In this document: positions 32,377 to 45,408 of the stretch, in pieces
How the letters are laid out: each line of letters begins with the position of its first letter
Position numbering within the stretch: the first letter of the stretch is position 1
Source of the DNA: Escherichia coli
GTDB lineage: Bacteria; Pseudomonadota; Gammaproteobacteria; Enterobacterales; Enterobacteriaceae
Assembly: GCF_050320075.1 (NCBI RefSeq)
Contig: NZ_CP190018.1
Strand: one strand, 5' to 3'
Length of the DNA: 64,000 bases
Translations under genes and position numbers: made by a program
The notes under the pieces: generated by a model
Database searches by the model: none
Told to the model about the DNA's origin: nothing
Seen by the model: only the letters and a program-made list of their open reading frames with translations

Positions 32377-35300
32377 ATGATTGAATGGATTATCCGGCGC
32401 TCTGTCGCCAACCGTTTCCTGGTCATGATGGGGGCCCTGTTTCTCAGCATCTGGGGCACATGGACGATTATTAACACGCCTGTCGATGCCTTGCCTGACC
32501 TGTCAGATGTGCAGGTCATTATCAAAACCAGCTATCCCGGCCAGGCCCCGCAGATTGTAGAAAACCAGGTCACCTATCCACTTACCACCACCATGCTGTC
32601 CGTGCCTGGCGCAAAAACCGTGCGTGGTTTTTCACAGTTCGGTGATTCGTATGTGTATGTCATTTTTGAAGACGGCACCGATCTGTACTGGGCCCGTTCC
32701 CGCGTGCTGGAGTACCTGAACCAGGTACAGGGAAAACTGCCCGCCGGTGTAAGTTCTGAAATCGGTCCGGACGCCACGGGGGTGGGCTGGATATTTGAAT
32801 ATGCCCTTGTCGATCGCAGCGGAAAACACGACCTTTCAGAACTGCGTTCTCTGCAGGACTGGTTCCTGAAATTTGAGCTGAAAACCATCCCGAACGTGGC
32901 TGAGGTCGCTTCGGTTGGCGGCGTGGTGAAACAGTACCAGATTCAGGTCAATCCGGTAAAATTGTCTCAGTATGGTATCAGCCTGCCCGAAGTGAAACAG
33001 GCCCTTGAATCGTCTAACCAGGAGGCCGGTGGCTCATCCGTTGAAATGGCCGAAGCTGAGTATATGGTCCGTGCCAGCGGTTATCTTCAGAGCATTGATG
33101 ATTTTAATAACATCGTCCTGAAAACAGGCGAGAACGGCGTGCCGGTTTATCTGCGGGATGTTGCCCGCGTGCAGACCGGGCCTGAAATGCGGCGTGGTAT
33201 TGCCGAGCTGAACGGCCAGGGCGAAGTCGCTGGCGGCGTGGTGATCCTGCGGTCGGGTAAAAATGCACGCGACGTTATCACGGCAGTGAGGGATAAACTT
33301 GAGACGCTGAAGGCCAGCCTGCCGGAAGGCGTTGAAATCGTGACCACCTACGATCGCAGCCAGCTCATCGACCGGGCGATTGATAACCTCAGTTCCAAAC
33401 TTCTGGAAGAGTTTATCGTGGTGGCCATCGTCTGTGCCCTGTTCCTGTGGCACGTACGTTCTGCCCTGGTGGCGATTATCTCTCTGCCGCTTGGTCTGTG
33501 TATCGCCTTTATCGTCATGCACTTCCAGGGACTGAACGCCAATATCATGTCGCTGGGAGGGATAGCGATTGCCGTCGGTGCGATGGTGGATGCCGCCATT
33601 GTGATGATTGAGAATGCGCATAAGCGGCTTGAGGAGTGGGATCATCAGCATCCGGGTGAGCAGATTGACAACGCCACCCGCTGGAAGGTGATTACCGATG
33701 CCTCCGTTGAAGTGGGACCCGCACTGTTTATCAGCCTGCTGATCATCACCCTGTCCTTTATTCCTATCTTTACCCTGGAAGGTCAGGAAGGACGTCTGTT
33801 TGGCCCGCTGGCATTCACGAAAACGTACTCCATGGCGGGCGCGGCCGCGCTGGCCATCATCGTCATTCCGATTCTGATGGGATTCTGGATCCGGGGGAAA
33901 ATTCCTGCAGAGACCAGTAACCCCCTGAACCGGGTACTGATCAAAGCGTATCATCCATTGCTGTTGCGGGTTCTCCACTGGCCAAAAACAACCCTGCTGG
34001 TTGCGGCCTTGTCCATTTTCACCGTTATCTGGCCGCTGAGCCAGGTGGGCGGTGAGTTTCTGCCGAAGATTAACGAGGGCGACCTGTTGTATATGCCGTC
34101 GACCCTGCCGGGTGTCTCTCCGGCTGAAGCTGCAGCGCTCCTGCAGACGACGGACAAGTTAATCAAAAGCGTTCCTGAAGTGGCCTCTGTATTTGGCAAG
34201 ACCGGTAAAGCAGAGACCGCCACGGATTCCGCACCGCTCGAAATGGTTGAAACCACGATCCAGCTCAAACCTGAGGATCAGTGGCGTCCAGGCATGACGA
34301 TTGACAAGATTATTGAAGAACTCGACAGGACCGTCCGTTTACCGGGGCTGGCAAACCTCTGGGTGCCGCCAATCCGTAACCGTATTGATATGCTCTCAAC
34401 CGGGATCAAAAGCCCGATAGGTATCAAGGTGTCCGGAACGGTTCTGTCCGATATCGATGCAACGGCGCAGAGTATCGAAGCGGTCGCCAAAACCGTACCC
34501 GGCGTAGTGTCTGCTCTCGCAGAGCGACTGGAAGGCGGGCGCTACATTGATGTGGATATCAACCGGGAAAAAGCCTCCCGCTACGGAATGACGGTGGGCG
34601 ATGTGCAGCTGTTCATCTCATCAGCCATCGGCGGCGCGACGGTAGGGGAAACGGTTGAAGGCGTGGCCCGGTACCCGATTAATATCCGCTATCCGCAGGA
34701 TTACCGGAACAGCCCGCAGGCCCTGAAACAGATGCCGATCCTGACCCCGATGAAGCAGCAGATCACGCTGGGCGATGTTGCGGATATTAAGGTCGTTTCC
34801 GGGCCGACTATGCTGAAAACGGAAAATGCCCGTCCAGCCAGCTGGATTTACATTGACGCGCGCGGCAGGGATATGGTGTCGGTGGTTAATGACATTAAAA
34901 CGGCGATCAGTCAGAAAGTGAAACTGAGACCGGGTACCAGCGTGTCATTCTCCGGACAGTTTGAACTGCTTGAGCATGCCAACAAGAAACTGAAGCTGAT
35001 GGTGCCGATGACGGTGATGATCATCTTCATCCTGTTGTATCTGGCATTCCGCCGGGTTGATGAAGCCCTGCTGATCCTGATGAGCCTGCCGTTCGCCCTG
35101 GTTGGCGGGATATGGTTCCTGTACTGGCAGGGCTTCCATATGTCTGTCGCAACCGGAACGGGGTTTATCGCTCTGGCCGGGGTGGCAGCAGAGTTTGGCG
35201 TGGTCATGCTGATGTATCTGCGTCATGCCATTGAAGCGCACCCGGAATTGTCCCGTAAAGAGACGTTCACACCGGAAGGCCTTGATGAAGCCCTCTATCA

Positions 35301-35523
35301 TGGTGCCGTACTGCGTGTCCGGCCGAAAGCCATGACCGTGGCGGTGATCATTGCGGGTCTGCTGCCAATACTCTGGGGAACCGGTGCAGGTTCAGAAGTC
35401 ATGAGCCGTATCGCGGCACCCATGATTGGTGGGATGATCACGGCTCCGCTGCTGTCCCTGTTCATTATTCCTGCCGCCTACAAATTAATCTGGCTGCGCA
35501 GACATAAAAAAAGCGTGTCCTGA
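32377..35523 (+). CDS. silA: RND heavy-metal efflux pump SilA (CusA-like)
   Basis: 1048-aa 12-TM RND transporter ORF. Confidence 0.95.
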   Translation: MIEWIIRRSVANRFLVMMGALFLSIWGTWTIINTPVDALPDLSDVQVIIKTSYPGQAPQIVENQVTYPLTTTMLSVPGAKTVRGFSQFGDSYVYVIFEDGTDLYWARSRVLEYLNQVQGKLPAGVSSEIGPDATGVGWIFEYALVDRSGKHDLSELRSLQDWFLKFELKTIPNVAEVASVGGVVKQYQIQVNPVKLSQYGISLPEVKQALESSNQEAGGSSVEMAEAEYMVRASGYLQSIDDFNNIVLKTGENGVPVYLRDVARVQTGPEMRRGIAELNGQGEVAGGVVILRSGKNARDVITAVRDKLETLKASLPEGVEIVTTYDRSQLIDRAIDNLSSKLLEEFIVVAIVCALFLWHVRSALVAIISLPLGLCIAFIVMHFQGLNANIMSLGGIAIAVGAMVDAAIVMIENAHKRLEEWDHQHPGEQIDNATRWKVITDASVEVGPALFISLLIITLSFIPIFTLEGQEGRLFGPLAFTKTYSMAGAAALAIIVIPILMGFWIRGKIPAETSNPLNRVLIKAYHPLLLRVLHWPKTTLLVAALSIFTVIWPLSQVGGEFLPKINEGDLLYMPSTLPGVSPAEAAALLQTTDKLIKSVPEVASVFGKTGKAETATDSAPLEMVETTIQLKPEDQWRPGMTIDKIIEELDRTVRLPGLANLWVPPIRNRIDMLSTGIKSPIGIKVSGTVLSDIDATAQSIEAVAKTVPGVVSALAERLEGGRYIDVDINREKASRYGMTVGDVQLFISSAIGGATVGETVEGVARYPINIRYPQDYRNSPQALKQMPILTPMKQQITLGDVADIKVVSGPTMLKTENARPASWIYIDARGRDMVSVVNDIKTAISQKVKLRPGTSVSFSGQFELLEHANKKLKLMVPMTVMIIFILLYLAFRRVDEALLILMSLPFALVGGIWFLYWQGFHMSVATGTGFIALAGVAAEFGVVMLMYLRHAIEAHPELSRKETFTPEGLDEALYHGAVLRVRPKAMTVAVIIAGLLPILWGTGAGSEVMSRIAAPMIGGMITAPLLSLFIIPAAYKLIWLRRHKKSVS

Positions 35524-35609
35524 ACCTGAAAGGGCACCCCCTGTGGGTGTCCTTCTTTACTGATTCACCCTGACGTCAGGGTTTAAATCGATAATATACA
35601 GAGGTGAGT

Positions 35610-36050
35610 ATGAAAAAAGTGGTTCTGATGGCGCTGGCTCTCGGCCTTTCACTGCCCGCGATGGCGAGTGAAAAAGTGATTGATATGTACAAATCTGACA
35701 ACTGTGGCTGTTGTTCCCTGTGGGGCAAGGCGATGGAAAAAGACGGGTTTGAAGTACGAACTCACGTCATGAATGATCAGGCGCTGTCAGCCCTGAAAGA
35801 AAAGCATGCTATTCCTGCAGGGCTGCGAAGTTGTCATACCGCGGTTGCCGGTAATTTGATCATTGAAGGCCATGTGCCTGCGACAACGATACATAAGGCA
35901 ATGCAGTCTGGTTCAGGTATATACGGTTTCGCCACCCCCGGTATGCCAGCAGGAAGTCCTGGAATGGAGATGGGAGCCCGAAAAGAGGCTTACGATGTTA
36001 TCGCATTCTCACCGGATGGAAGTAAAAAAGTCTTCCAGCGAATCGAATAG
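35610..36050 (+). CDS. silG: DUF411 periplasmic metal-binding protein (SilG-like)
   Basis: 146 aa from the ATG with GAGG 6 nt upstream; signal peptide; CxCC motif (DNCGCCSLWG). Confidence 0.65.
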   Translation: MKKVVLMALALGLSLPAMASEKVIDMYKSDNCGCCSLWGKAMEKDGFEVRTHVMNDQALSALKEKHAIPAGLRSCHTAVAGNLIIEGHVPATTIHKAMQSGSGIYGFATPGMPAGSPGMEMGARKEAYDVIAFSPDGSKKVFQRIE

Positions 36051-36176
36051 TCAGCGGAACGGCTGATAACGGGACGCCGGTAGCAGGCACTCCTGTGCCG
36101 GCGATATTCGTGGTAATCGCATCCATGACATACCCTGAAGACAGAAGATGCTTCGGTATGCATAAGGAGAGTTACT

Positions 36177-38624
36177 GTGAAAAATGACAATGCAGTGCAA
36201 CACAACAACCAGACTGCTTCTGAGCAGACATTATCCCCGGACGAGGGCCACGTATTGCATAAGGTGAGAGATCCCGTGTGCGGGATGGCCATCCTGCCCG
36301 ACAGGGCGCACAGCAGCATTCGATACCAGGACCATCAACTTTATTTCTGCTCCGCCAGCTGTGAGAGTAAATTTAAAGCCCATCCCGATCGTTATCTTAC
36401 CGAAGATGCCAGTGAACATTCCCATCACCATCACCACGATCATCACGAAGTCAGCCCTGATCAGATAAAACAGCCTCACCACCAGGCGGAAAAAGAGAAT
36501 TCTGAAGGTGTGTGGACATGTCCGATGCACCCGGAGATACGCCGCAGTGGTCCCGGAAGCTGTCCTGTCTGTGGAATGGCACTGGAGCCGCTCGTAGCTA
36601 CGGCATCCACGGGGCCGAGTGATGAACTTCACGACATGACAAGACGCTTCTGGCTGGGGTTGTTGCTGGCGTTTCCGGTTCTGGTACTCGAAATGGGATC
36701 TCATCTGTTTCCCGAGTTGAGGAATACAGTACCGCCACAGTACAACACATGGCTGCAGCTGCTTCTGGCCTCCCCTGTCGTGTTGTGGTGTGGCTGGCCA
36801 TTCTTCGCCCGGGCCGGAATGTCGTTACGTAACCGCTCCCTGAATATGTTTACCCTTGTTGCAATGGGGACCGGCGTAGCCTGGGTTTACAGCGTCATTG
36901 CAACCGTCTTCCCCTCCTGGTTTCCTGCATCGTTCAGAAACATGGATGGCCTGGTGGCCGTTTATTTTGAAGCCGCAGCAGTTATTACGGTGCTTGTTCT
37001 GCTGGGACAGGTTCTTGAGCTGCGGGCACGGGAACAAACCTCAGGCGCCATTACTGCGCTTCTGAACCTTGCCCCCAAAACCGCCAGACGGCTGGATCAT
37101 GACGGTCATGAAACGGATATTAATGCGGAAGATGTCCTGCCTGGCGATAAGCTCCGCATCAGACCTGGAGAGAGTATTCCGGTCGACGGTATCGTGATCG
37201 AAGGCAAAACAACCGTTGATGAATCGATGGTGACCGGGGAATCTATGCCGGTTACCAAAACGGAGGGTGACCCTGTCATCGGGGGGACCATTAATCAGAC
37301 AGGGAGTCTCATCATCCGTGCAGAGAAAGTCGGTGATGAAACAATGCTCTCACGAATTGTTCAGATGGTCGCTGATGCACAGCGTTCGCGTGCCCCCATC
37401 CAGAGAATGGCTGACAGCGTTTCAGGCTGGTTTGTTCCTCTGGTGATACTTATCGCGGTTGTTGCTTTCGTGATCTGGTCTGTCTGGGGGCCCGAGCCCA
37501 GGATGGCGCACGGTCTCATTGCGGCTGTGTCGGTCCTGATTATTGCCTGTCCCTGCGCGCTGGGGCTGGCCACGCCGATGTCGATAATGGTGGGGGTGGG
37601 CAAAGGAGCCCAGGCCGGGGTGTTAATCAGGAATGCCGAAGCCCTTGAGCGTCTTGAAAAAGTGGACACGCTGGTTGTCGACAAAACAGGCACGCTCACG
37701 GAAGGTTCGCCTACGGTGACAGGGATTATCAGTCTCAATCCGGGTGGGGAAACATCTCTTTTGCGTGTAACAGCCGCAGTGGAAAAAGGCTCGCAGCATC
37801 CGCTGGGTATGGCAGTAGTTAAAGCAGCACAGGAAAAGGGGATCGCAATACCCGCAGTCACTCATTTCGATGCACCGTCGGGTAAAGGTGTCTCAGGCGA
37901 TGTCGAAGGTCAACGGGTTGTTATTGGTAATGAACTGGCTATGCAGGAAAACAGTATAGTTATTGATAATCAAAAGGCCGTTGCGGATACGTTGCGGATG
38001 GAAGGCGCTACCGTTATCTATGTGGCCACAGACGGGGACCTTGCAGGCCTGATAGCTATCTCGGATCCCGTGAAAACAACCACGCCGGATGCGCTTAAAG
38101 CTTTGCGTCAGGCGGGGATCCGCATCGTTATGCTCACCGGGGATAACCAGCTTACTGCTGAAGCAGTCGCACGGAAACTGGGAATAGATGAGGTTGAAGC
38201 CGGAATTCTGCCGGATGGCAAAAAAGCAGTGATAACCCGACTGAAAGAGTCTGGCCATGTGGTTGCGATGGCCGGAGACGGTGTGAATGATGCCCCGGCG
38301 CTGGCAGCGGCTGACGTGGGTATAGCCATGGGAACGGGTACAGATGTGGCAATTGAAAGTGCCGGAGTCACCCTTCTCAAAGGCGACTTGATGATACTGA
38401 ACAGGGCCCGTCATCTGTCAGAGATCACCATGAAAAATATCCGTCAGAATCTGTTTTTTGCATTTATCTACAACGCACTTGGCGTGCCTGTGGCTGCAGG
38501 TCTGCTTTATCCTGTGTATGGAATACTGCTGTCGCCAGTTATTGCGGCGGCGGCCATGGCTCTTTCCTCCGTCAGCGTCATTGTGAATGCGTTGCGTCTG
38601 AAAAGTGTCAGGCTCGGGAAATAA
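36177..38624 (+). CDS. silP: P1B-type Ag(I)/Cu(I)-exporting ATPase SilP
   Basis: 815-aa ORF with His-rich N-terminus, CPC transmembrane motif, DKTGT phosphorylation site and GDGVNDAP hinge. Confidence 0.92.
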   Translation: MKNDNAVQHNNQTASEQTLSPDEGHVLHKVRDPVCGMAILPDRAHSSIRYQDHQLYFCSASCESKFKAHPDRYLTEDASEHSHHHHHDHHEVSPDQIKQPHHQAEKENSEGVWTCPMHPEIRRSGPGSCPVCGMALEPLVATASTGPSDELHDMTRRFWLGLLLAFPVLVLEMGSHLFPELRNTVPPQYNTWLQLLLASPVVLWCGWPFFARAGMSLRNRSLNMFTLVAMGTGVAWVYSVIATVFPSWFPASFRNMDGLVAVYFEAAAVITVLVLLGQVLELRAREQTSGAITALLNLAPKTARRLDHDGHETDINAEDVLPGDKLRIRPGESIPVDGIVIEGKTTVDESMVTGESMPVTKTEGDPVIGGTINQTGSLIIRAEKVGDETMLSRIVQMVADAQRSRAPIQRMADSVSGWFVPLVILIAVVAFVIWSVWGPEPRMAHGLIAAVSVLIIACPCALGLATPMSIMVGVGKGAQAGVLIRNAEALERLEKVDTLVVDKTGTLTEGSPTVTGIISLNPGGETSLLRVTAAVEKGSQHPLGMAVVKAAQEKGIAIPAVTHFDAPSGKGVSGDVEGQRVVIGNELAMQENSIVIDNQKAVADTLRMEGATVIYVATDGDLAGLIAISDPVKTTTPDALKALRQAGIRIVMLTGDNQLTAEAVARKLGIDEVEAGILPDGKKAVITRLKESGHVVAMAGDGVNDAPALAAADVGIAMGTGTDVAIESAGVTLLKGDLMILNRARHLSEITMKNIRQNLFFAFIYNALGVPVAAGLLYPVYGILLSPVIAAAAMALSSVSVIVNALRLKSVRLGK

Positions 38625-38664
38625 CACTGAGTGAAGGGTCAGTTACGAACAGAAGGAGTCCAGT

Positions 38665-38862
38665 ATGAAAAGTACCACCTATGCGCTTATTGCTGTCGCC
38701 GCGATCGCGGCATTTGCCCTCCTGCGCGAACACTGGTCACATGTGGCAGGTTACTGGCCATATCTGTTATTGCTGGTCTGCCCGCTAATGCATCTTTTCC
38801 ACGGCCACGGAGGGCATGGAGATCATCAACATCACGGAAGTGAAAACGATAAAAAAAATTAA
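38665..38862 (+). CDS. Small membrane protein with His-rich tail (DUF2933-like)
   Basis: 65-aa ORF 40 nt after silP with GGAG Shine-Dalgarno; two TM-like segments and HGHGGHGDHQHHG tail. Confidence 0.5.
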   Translation: MKSTTYALIAVAAIAAFALLREHWSHVAGYWPYLLLLVCPLMHLFHGHGGHGDHQHHGSENDKKN

Positions 38863-38895
38863 TCCGGCAGACGGGGCCGCGTCGCGGTCCCGTTA

Positions 38896-39633
38896 TCAGT
38901 CCAGGTATCGTTCGTAGTCTCTGGCATGCGCAAAGGCATGCTGTTCGAGTTTGTTATCAGCGGGTGCCGCTGCCCGGAACGCCAGAGAGTTAACAGGGTT
39001 GTTATTGATGACCAGCTCGTAATGCAGATGAGGACCGGATGAACGTCCGCTGTTACCGGATAACGCAATAGCACCTCCCCGTGTAACCCTGGCCCCTTTA
39101 GTAACGAGTATTTTATTGAGGTGGAGATAGCGAGTTTTAACACCGGCTTTTCCCGTTACTTCAACAAAATATCCCATGGTACTGTTGTATTCGGCCCGGG
39201 TGATTTTTCCGTCGATGACGCTGACTATTTTCGTGTTCATGGGCATGGAATAATCAATGCCATTATGGGGACTCACTTTTCCCGATACCGGGTTAAGTCT
39301 TGCAGGATTGAAAGGCGAACTGAGTCTTGCTGTGGCCGGTAATGGATAATCGAGACTGCCTTTCCCGGAAGTATCGGAAAGGTTATAGAACTTTTTATCT
39401 GATATACGATACGCCGTGTAATTAAATGAACCGGACGTAAATTTATAGGCCACGACACGTGATTTTCCCGCTTTCTTTTGCAGTACGAGTTTTAATGATT
39501 CATTTTTTTTCAAATGCCGCAGATTAAACCGGGAAGGCAAGGAGCGCTGAAGAGTAGCGATCTCGTTCGATTCCAGCCCCGAGCGGGTGGCTGAAAGGTA
39601 GGCATTTTCTTTTACGACATCGGTAGAATACAT
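38896..39633 (-). CDS. pcoG: M23-family peptidase-like protein (PcoG-like)
   Basis: 245-aa ORF with HxxxD and GNSGRSSGPHLH motifs of LytM/M23 peptidases; gene name from recalled island annotation. Confidence 0.55.
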   Translation of the reverse strand: MYSTDVVKENAYLSATRSGLESNEIATLQRSLPSRFNLRHLKKNESLKLVLQKKAGKSRVVAYKFTSGSFNYTAYRISDKKFYNLSDTSGKGSLDYPLPATARLSSPFNPARLNPVSGKVSPHNGIDYSMPMNTKIVSVIDGKITRAEYNSTMGYFVEVTGKAGVKTRYLHLNKILVTKGARVTRGGAIALSGNSGRSSGPHLHYELVINNNPVNSLAFRAAAPADNKLEQHAFAHARDYERYLD

Positions 39634-39921
39634 TTACTGGAATTCGCCGTTAGCATGAACACTGCGGCGTATGCTAGGGGTTTTCAGGAGGCGTGTCATC
39701 TGTCAGTTAATCGGGAGCACCGTTGATGGTCGTCATTTTTGTAAAATATCTTGTTTCCCGTTTGCTCCTGAAGCTCTGGGAACTGTATGACCAGCCCGAC
39801 GGTGATGATTAACGGGACTGAAACAGGTTACGGCAGAGCAATATGGGGCTCATGTCCTGCTACGTAACCCGTCAGTAAAGCCCTGCTGCGCACCTGACGC
39901 TAAGCACTAACCCGCCTGCAG

Positions 39922-40371
39922 TTACCTGGTCGAATACAGCCCGCGAAGCTTTCTTGCCTGCGTCTGATGTGCTTCCGCACCGGCATTATTGACCTGCTCA
40001 TGCACGAGAGCGGCTTTTTCTCCGGCATTCAGTTCGTTAAAAGAAGAAGACGAGGTCTTTGAATTTGCATCACTGCCGGACAGCATTTTTTTATGTTCCT
40101 CAATCATTTTCTGATGCGCATAGGACGCGCTGTTGTTCATAAATGAATGAGCAACAATGGCCCTTTCATGTTCATTCATTTCAGAGAATGAGGGCGTGTT
40201 GTTTTTATTAACCCTGTCCGGTAAGTTTTCATGCGTCGAGGAATTCACATGACTGACGGCTGAGGCATTATTAACAAATCGATGTGCTTCATGGGCAATA
40301 TCACTGGACTGAGCAAAAGCTGCCCCACAAAATAAAGCTGTAAACGCAGTGGTCGTGATTAATATATTCAT
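39922..40371 (-). CDS. pcoE1: SilE/PcoE-family periplasmic metal-binding protein (PcoE1-like)
   Basis: 149-aa ORF with signal peptide and repeated H/M motifs (EHERAIVAHSFMNN). Confidence 0.7.
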   Translation of the reverse strand: MNILITTTAFTALFCGAAFAQSSDIAHEAHRFVNNASAVSHVNSSTHENLPDRVNKNNTPSFSEMNEHERAIVAHSFMNNSASYAHQKMIEEHKKMLSGSDANSKTSSSSFNELNAGEKAALVHEQVNNAGAEAHQTQARKLRGLYSTR

Positions 40372-40471
40372 GTGTAATTACCTTCTGAGGTACATAAAAG
40401 ATGTCCTTATGATCATATATAAAAATAATCAACCTGTGGGGAAGATGACGTAAATGTAATACAGCTATGTA

Positions 40472-40489
40472 CATTACACGATTGTAATG
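40472..40489. promoter_or_regulatory. Copper-box-like palindrome (cattacacgattgtaatg) between divergent pcoE1 and pcoA
   Basis: Inverted repeat in the divergent promoter region; a related atgac...tgtaat motif lies at about 40444. Confidence 0.4.
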
Positions 40490-40599
40490 AATTTGTTTCT
40501 TAAGGTGTGCTAGATTCATTTCATTGTAAGTGGATGAACCAGTAATTTAATTTAAATCGGTTCTCGAATTCTGTCAGTAACCATACTTTAAATAAGGGA

Positions 40600-42423
40600 A
40601 TGCGCATGCTGTTGAAAACGTCTCGACGAACTTTCCTGAAGGGGTTAACCCTCTCTGGCGTAGCCGGAAGTCTTGGCGTATGGAGTTTCAATGCGCGTTC
40701 CAGTCTGAGCCTGCCAGTTGCCGCATCCCTGCAGGGTACTCAGTTTGACCTGACCATTGGTGAAACGGCCGTCAATATCACGGGCAGTGAGCGTCAGGCC
40801 AAAACAATCAATGGAGGCCTGCCGGGGCCCGTTCTTCGCTGGAAAGAAGGTGACACCATTACCCTGAAGGTCAAAAACCGTCTTAATGAACAGACGTCCA
40901 TTCACTGGCACGGCATTATTCTTCCGGCCAATATGGATGGTGTTCCGGGGCTGAGTTTTATGGGCATAGAGCCTGATGATACCTACGTTTACACCTTTAA
41001 GGTTAAGCAGAACGGGACTTACTGGTACCACAGCCATTCCGGTCTGCAGGAACAGGAGGGGGTATACGGTGCCATTATCATCGATGCCGGGGAGCCAGAA
41101 CCGTTTACTTACGATCGTGAGCATGTGGTCATGTTGTCTGACTGGACCGATGAAAATCCTCACAGCCTGCTGAAAAAATTAAAAAAACAGTCGGATTACT
41201 ACAATTTCAATAAACCAACCGTTGGCTCTTTTTTCCGCGACGTGAATACCAGGGGGCTGTCAGCCACCATTGCCGATCGGAAAATGTGGGCTGAAATGAA
41301 AATGAATCCGACTGACCTCGCGGATGTCAGTGGCTACACCTACACCTATCTCATGAACGGGCAGGCCCCGCTGAAAAACTGGACCGGACTGTTCCGTCCC
41401 GGTGAAAAGATACGCTTACGGTTTATCAACGGCTCGGCAATGACCTATTTCGATATCCGTATCCCCGGGCTGAAAATGACGGTCGTGGCTGCAGATGGCC
41501 AGTATGTAAACCCGGTTACCGTTGACGAATTCAGGATTGCCGTTGCCGAAACCTATGATGTCATTGTGGAGCCTCAGGGTGAGGCCTATACCATCTTCGC
41601 ACAATCCATGGACAGGACCGGTTACGCTCGAGGGACACTGGCCACGAGAGAGGGGTTAAGTGCTGCCGTTCCCCCCCTCGATCCCCGTCCTCTGTTGACC
41701 ATGGAAGATATGGGTATGGGGGGAATGGGACATGATATGGCAGGAATGGACCACAGCCAGATGGGAGGCATGGATAACAGCGGAGAGATGATGTCTATGG
41801 ACGGTGCTGGCCTTCCGGATAGCGGGACATCCTCCGCGCCCATGGATCACAGCAGCATGGCCGGTATGGATCATTCCCGGATGGCCGGAATGCCGGGTAT
41901 GCAAAGTCATCCTGCGTCAGAAACGGATAACCCACTGGTTGATATGCAGGCGATGAGCGTCTCTCCGAAATTAAATGATCCGGGTATTGGTCTTCGAAAT
42001 AACGGAAGAAAGGTTCTCACGTACGCGGATTTGAAAAGCCGCTTTGAGGATCCTGACGGACGTGAACCTGGCCGTACCATAGAACTGCATTTAACCGGCC
42101 ACATGGAAAAGTTTGCCTGGTCATTTAACGGAATCAAGTTTTCAGATGCCGCACCGGTGCTGCTGAAATACGGTGAGCGGCTCAGGATCACGCTGATCAA
42201 CGATACCATGATGACTCACCCCATTCACCTGCATGGTATGTGGAGCGATCTGGAAGATGAAAACGGTAATTTCATGGTTCGTAAACACACAATAGATGTT
42301 CCCCCTGGTACAAAACGCAGTTACAGAGTGACAGCAGATGCGCTTGGCCGCTGGGCGTATCACTGCCATTTGCTCTATCACATGGAAATGGGAATGTTTC
42401 GTGAAGTCCGGGTGGAGGAATGA
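40600..42423 (+). CDS. pcoA: Multicopper oxidase PcoA
   Basis: 607-aa ORF with Tat-like signal (SRRTFLKG), HWHG and HCHLLYH copper sites and a Met-rich insert. Confidence 0.93.
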   Translation: MRMLLKTSRRTFLKGLTLSGVAGSLGVWSFNARSSLSLPVAASLQGTQFDLTIGETAVNITGSERQAKTINGGLPGPVLRWKEGDTITLKVKNRLNEQTSIHWHGIILPANMDGVPGLSFMGIEPDDTYVYTFKVKQNGTYWYHSHSGLQEQEGVYGAIIIDAGEPEPFTYDREHVVMLSDWTDENPHSLLKKLKKQSDYYNFNKPTVGSFFRDVNTRGLSATIADRKMWAEMKMNPTDLADVSGYTYTYLMNGQAPLKNWTGLFRPGEKIRLRFINGSAMTYFDIRIPGLKMTVVAADGQYVNPVTVDEFRIAVAETYDVIVEPQGEAYTIFAQSMDRTGYARGTLATREGLSAAVPPLDPRPLLTMEDMGMGGMGHDMAGMDHSQMGGMDNSGEMMSMDGAGLPDSGTSSAPMDHSSMAGMDHSRMAGMPGMQSHPASETDNPLVDMQAMSVSPKLNDPGIGLRNNGRKVLTYADLKSRFEDPDGREPGRTIELHLTGHMEKFAWSFNGIKFSDAAPVLLKYGERLRITLINDTMMTHPIHLHGMWSDLEDENGNFMVRKHTIDVPPGTKRSYRVTADALGRWAYHCHLLYHMEMGMFREVRVEE

Positions 42424-43319
42424 TGCGAATGAAGAGAAATTTGAAGGCCATACCTGTTCTGGTCGCCGGTTTGTTTACCTCACAGCTTTCTATTGCGGCG
42501 GGCTCCGTCTCTGCAGATCCCCACGCCGGGCACGACATGTCTGCCATGCAGATGCCAGCAGATGAGAATTTCACTGAGATGACGTCAATGGAGCCCATTG
42601 TAACTGAGAGCAGAACGCCAATTCCGCCTGTTACCGATGCCGACCGGAAGGCTGCATTCGGCAATTTACAGGGGCATGCGATTCACGACAGTGCGATTAA
42701 TTATCTGGTTCTGCTGGATCAACTGGAATGGCAACGGTCGGATAACACCAACAATTTCAGCTGGAGTGTTAACAGCTGGATTGGAGGCGACACAGATCGG
42801 ATTTGGCTAAAGAGTGAAGGTGAACGAAGCAATGGGGAAACGGAGGCGGCTGAAGCGCAGTTACTCTGGGGACATGCGGTTGGCCCATGGTGGGATTTGG
42901 TTGCGGGTGTCAGGCAGGATTTCAGACCTGCTTCTGCCCGGACCTGGGCTGCTGTCGGTTTTCAGGGGCTGGCACTCTATAATTTTGAGTCTGAAATTAC
43001 GGGTTTTGTCAGTAATGGCGGAAAAGCAGCCCTTCGTCTGGGAGGAGAATACGACGTTTTACTGACTAACCGGCTCATACTCCAGCCATCCTATGAGGTG
43101 AATTTCTACAGTCAGGATGATGAATCGCGGGGTCGCGGCAGGGGACTGACTGACACAGAGCTGGGGCTCCGGCTGCGCTATGAAATACGCCGTGAGTTTG
43201 CACCCTATATAGGCGTTTCCTGGAATCAACTTTACGGGAAAACATCCGATATGGCGAAAAGAGAAGGTGAGAAAGACCATCAGGTAGTATTCCTGGCGGG
43301 AGCCAGAATCTGGTTTTAA
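42420..43319 (+). CDS. pcoB: Outer-membrane copper resistance protein PcoB
   Basis: 299-aa ORF overlapping the pcoA stop by 4 nt. Confidence 0.88.
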   Translation: MMRMKRNLKAIPVLVAGLFTSQLSIAAGSVSADPHAGHDMSAMQMPADENFTEMTSMEPIVTESRTPIPPVTDADRKAAFGNLQGHAIHDSAINYLVLLDQLEWQRSDNTNNFSWSVNSWIGGDTDRIWLKSEGERSNGETEAAEAQLLWGHAVGPWWDLVAGVRQDFRPASARTWAAVGFQGLALYNFESEITGFVSNGGKAALRLGGEYDVLLTNRLILQPSYEVNFYSQDDESRGRGRGLTDTELGLRLRYEIRREFAPYIGVSWNQLYGKTSDMAKREGEKDHQVVFLAGARIWF

Positions 43320-43358
43320 CGCACTGATATAAAACACTCAACTAAACAGGTAAATAAA

Positions 43359-43739
43359 ATGTCGATTTTAAATAAAGCCATTCTTACAGGTGGCCTCGTT
43401 ATGGGCGTTGCTTTCTCTGCTATGGCCCATCCGGAATTAAAAAGCTCTGTGCCACAGGCTGATTCAGCCGTAGCGGCCCCGGAAAAGATTCAGCTTAATT
43501 TCTCGGAAAATCTGACCGTGAAATTCTCAGGTGCAAAATTAACGATGACGGGTATGAAAGGCATGTCATCACATTCTCCGATGCCGGTCGCGGCAAAAGT
43601 GGCGCCAGGCGCTGACCCTAAATCGATGGTCATTATTCCGCGAGAGCCTTTACCCGCTGGCACTTATCGTGTTGACTGGCGCGCGGTTTCTTCAGATACG
43701 CACCCTATTACCGGTAATTACACCTTTACAGTGAAGTAA
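43359..43739 (+). CDS. pcoC: Periplasmic copper chaperone PcoC
   Basis: 126-aa CopC-fold ORF with signal peptide and Met-rich loop. Confidence 0.88.
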
Positions 43740-43743
43740 TATT

Positions 43744-44673
43744 ATGAACGACCTGATTATGATTGTTATTCGTTTTCTTCTTTATCTGGATTTGATGGTA
43801 ATATTTGGATTGCCATTTTTTCAGATATATGGAATAAGCGGTGTCAGACATGAAACCTATAACCTGACTAATTTCAGGTCGTTTATAACTTTTGCTGTTG
43901 TTACAGGCATCATTCTTACTGGCATTAATATGCTCCTGGTATCTAATGCCATGAGTGGAGTAACTGACCTCAGAGAATTATCCATCCATGTTATCGAGAT
44001 GGTGATAGAAGAAACTGATGTGGGTATTAGCTGGATTGTCAGGCTCTGTGCCCTGTTTACCACACTCGGTGCTTTGTTCCTTTACACTAATAAGAGAGTA
44101 TTGTCCTGCCTGCTGATGACGATGAGTGGGGGCGTGGCGCTGGCTACACTTGCCTGGGGAGGACACGCCGTTATGCATGACGGTCTGCATTACTATCTCC
44201 ATTTACTGAGCGATCTGACCCATCTCGGCGCTGCAGGTGCCTGGACAGGTGCTCTGGTTGCATTTGCTATCCTGCTGATGCGCAGAAACGAGCATAATGC
44301 ACAGAGCGTCATTGTGATATCTGACTCCCTGGCAAAATTTGCCACGGCAGGAACGGTGATTGTTGTAGCCCTGATCCTGAGTGCGCTGGTCAACTATCTG
44401 TATATTGCTGAGGGTAACTTAACTCCCTTATTCAACAGTTCCTGGGGGAGGATATTGCTTGCCAAGACGGCTCTGTTTGTTCTGATGCTTCTTCTGGCTG
44501 CAGCAAACCGGTTTCACCTGGGTCCCCGGCTTGAAGTTATGGTCAGGGAAGGGAATTATGATCGCAGCGTTGCCCTGATGCGAAACAGCATCCTGACAGA
44601 ATTCGTTGTTGCGATTATCATTCTGGGCGCCGTAGCGTGGCTCGGAATGCTTGCTCCGTCTCAGGTCAGCTAG
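43744..44673 (+). CDS. pcoD: Inner-membrane copper resistance protein PcoD
   Basis: 309-aa 8-TM ORF. Confidence 0.88.
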
Positions 44674-44721
44674 GGGACAGCCAAAGCTCATGCGTGAGAT
44701 TTTTACTTTCATATCAGCGAG

Positions 44722-45408
44722 TTGACCATGCAGCGTATTTTAATCGTTGAAGACGAACAAAAAACAGGTCGTTACCTGCAGCAGGGACTGGTTGAGGAAG
44801 GCTATCAGGCCGATCTCTTTAATAATGGCCGCGATGGTCTCGGGGCCGCGTCGAAGGGACAGTATGATTTGATAATACTGGACGTGATGCTGCCTTTCCT
44901 CGACGGGTGGCAAATCATCAGCGCACTGAGGGAGTCCGGGCACGAAGAACCGGTCCTGTTTTTAACCGCAAAGGACAACGTGCGGGACAAAGTGAAAGGA
45001 CTGGAGCTTGGCGCAGATGACTACCTGATTAAGCCCTTTGATTTTACGGAGCTGGTTGCACGTGTAAGAACCCTACTGCGCCGGGCACGCTCGCAGGCCG
45101 CAACAGTCTGCACCATCGCCGATATGACCGTTGATATGGTGCGCCGGACCGTGATCCGTTCGGGGAAGAAGATCCATCTCACCGGTAAAGAATACGTTCT
45201 GCTTGAGTTGCTGCTGCAACGCACCGGAGAAGTGTTACCCAGGAGTCTTATCTCGTCCCTGGTCTGGAACATGAATTTTGACAGTGATACGAATGTGATT
45301 GATGTCGCCGTGAGACGTCTGAGAAGTAAAATTGATGATGACTTTGAGCCAAAACTGATCCATACCGTTCGCGGTGCCGGATATGTCCTGGAGATCAGAG
45401 AAGAGTGA
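44722..45408 (+). CDS. pcoR: OmpR-family response regulator PcoR
   Basis: 228-aa ORF paralogous to silR. Confidence 0.9.
   Translation: MTMQRILIVEDEQKTGRYLQQGLVEEGYQADLFNNGRDGLGAASKGQYDLIILDVMLPFLDGWQIISALRESGHEEPVLFLTAKDNVRDKVKGLELGADDYLIKPFDFTELVARVRTLLRRARSQAATVCTIADMTVDMVRRTVIRSGKKIHLTGKEYVLLELLLQRTGEVLPRSLISSLVWNMNFDSDTNVIDVAVRRLRSKIDDDFEPKLIHTVRGAGYVLEIREE

Noticed and set aside
33034..33978. 314-aa ORF on the minus strand
   Set aside because: Antisense to silA and His/Arg/Gln-rich; no independent support.
41700..41900. Repetitive GGMG / MDHS-coding stretch as a possible DNA repeat array or CRISPR-like structure
   Set aside because: It is the in-frame Met-rich copper-binding insert of the multicopper oxidase pcoA, not spacer-repeat architecture.
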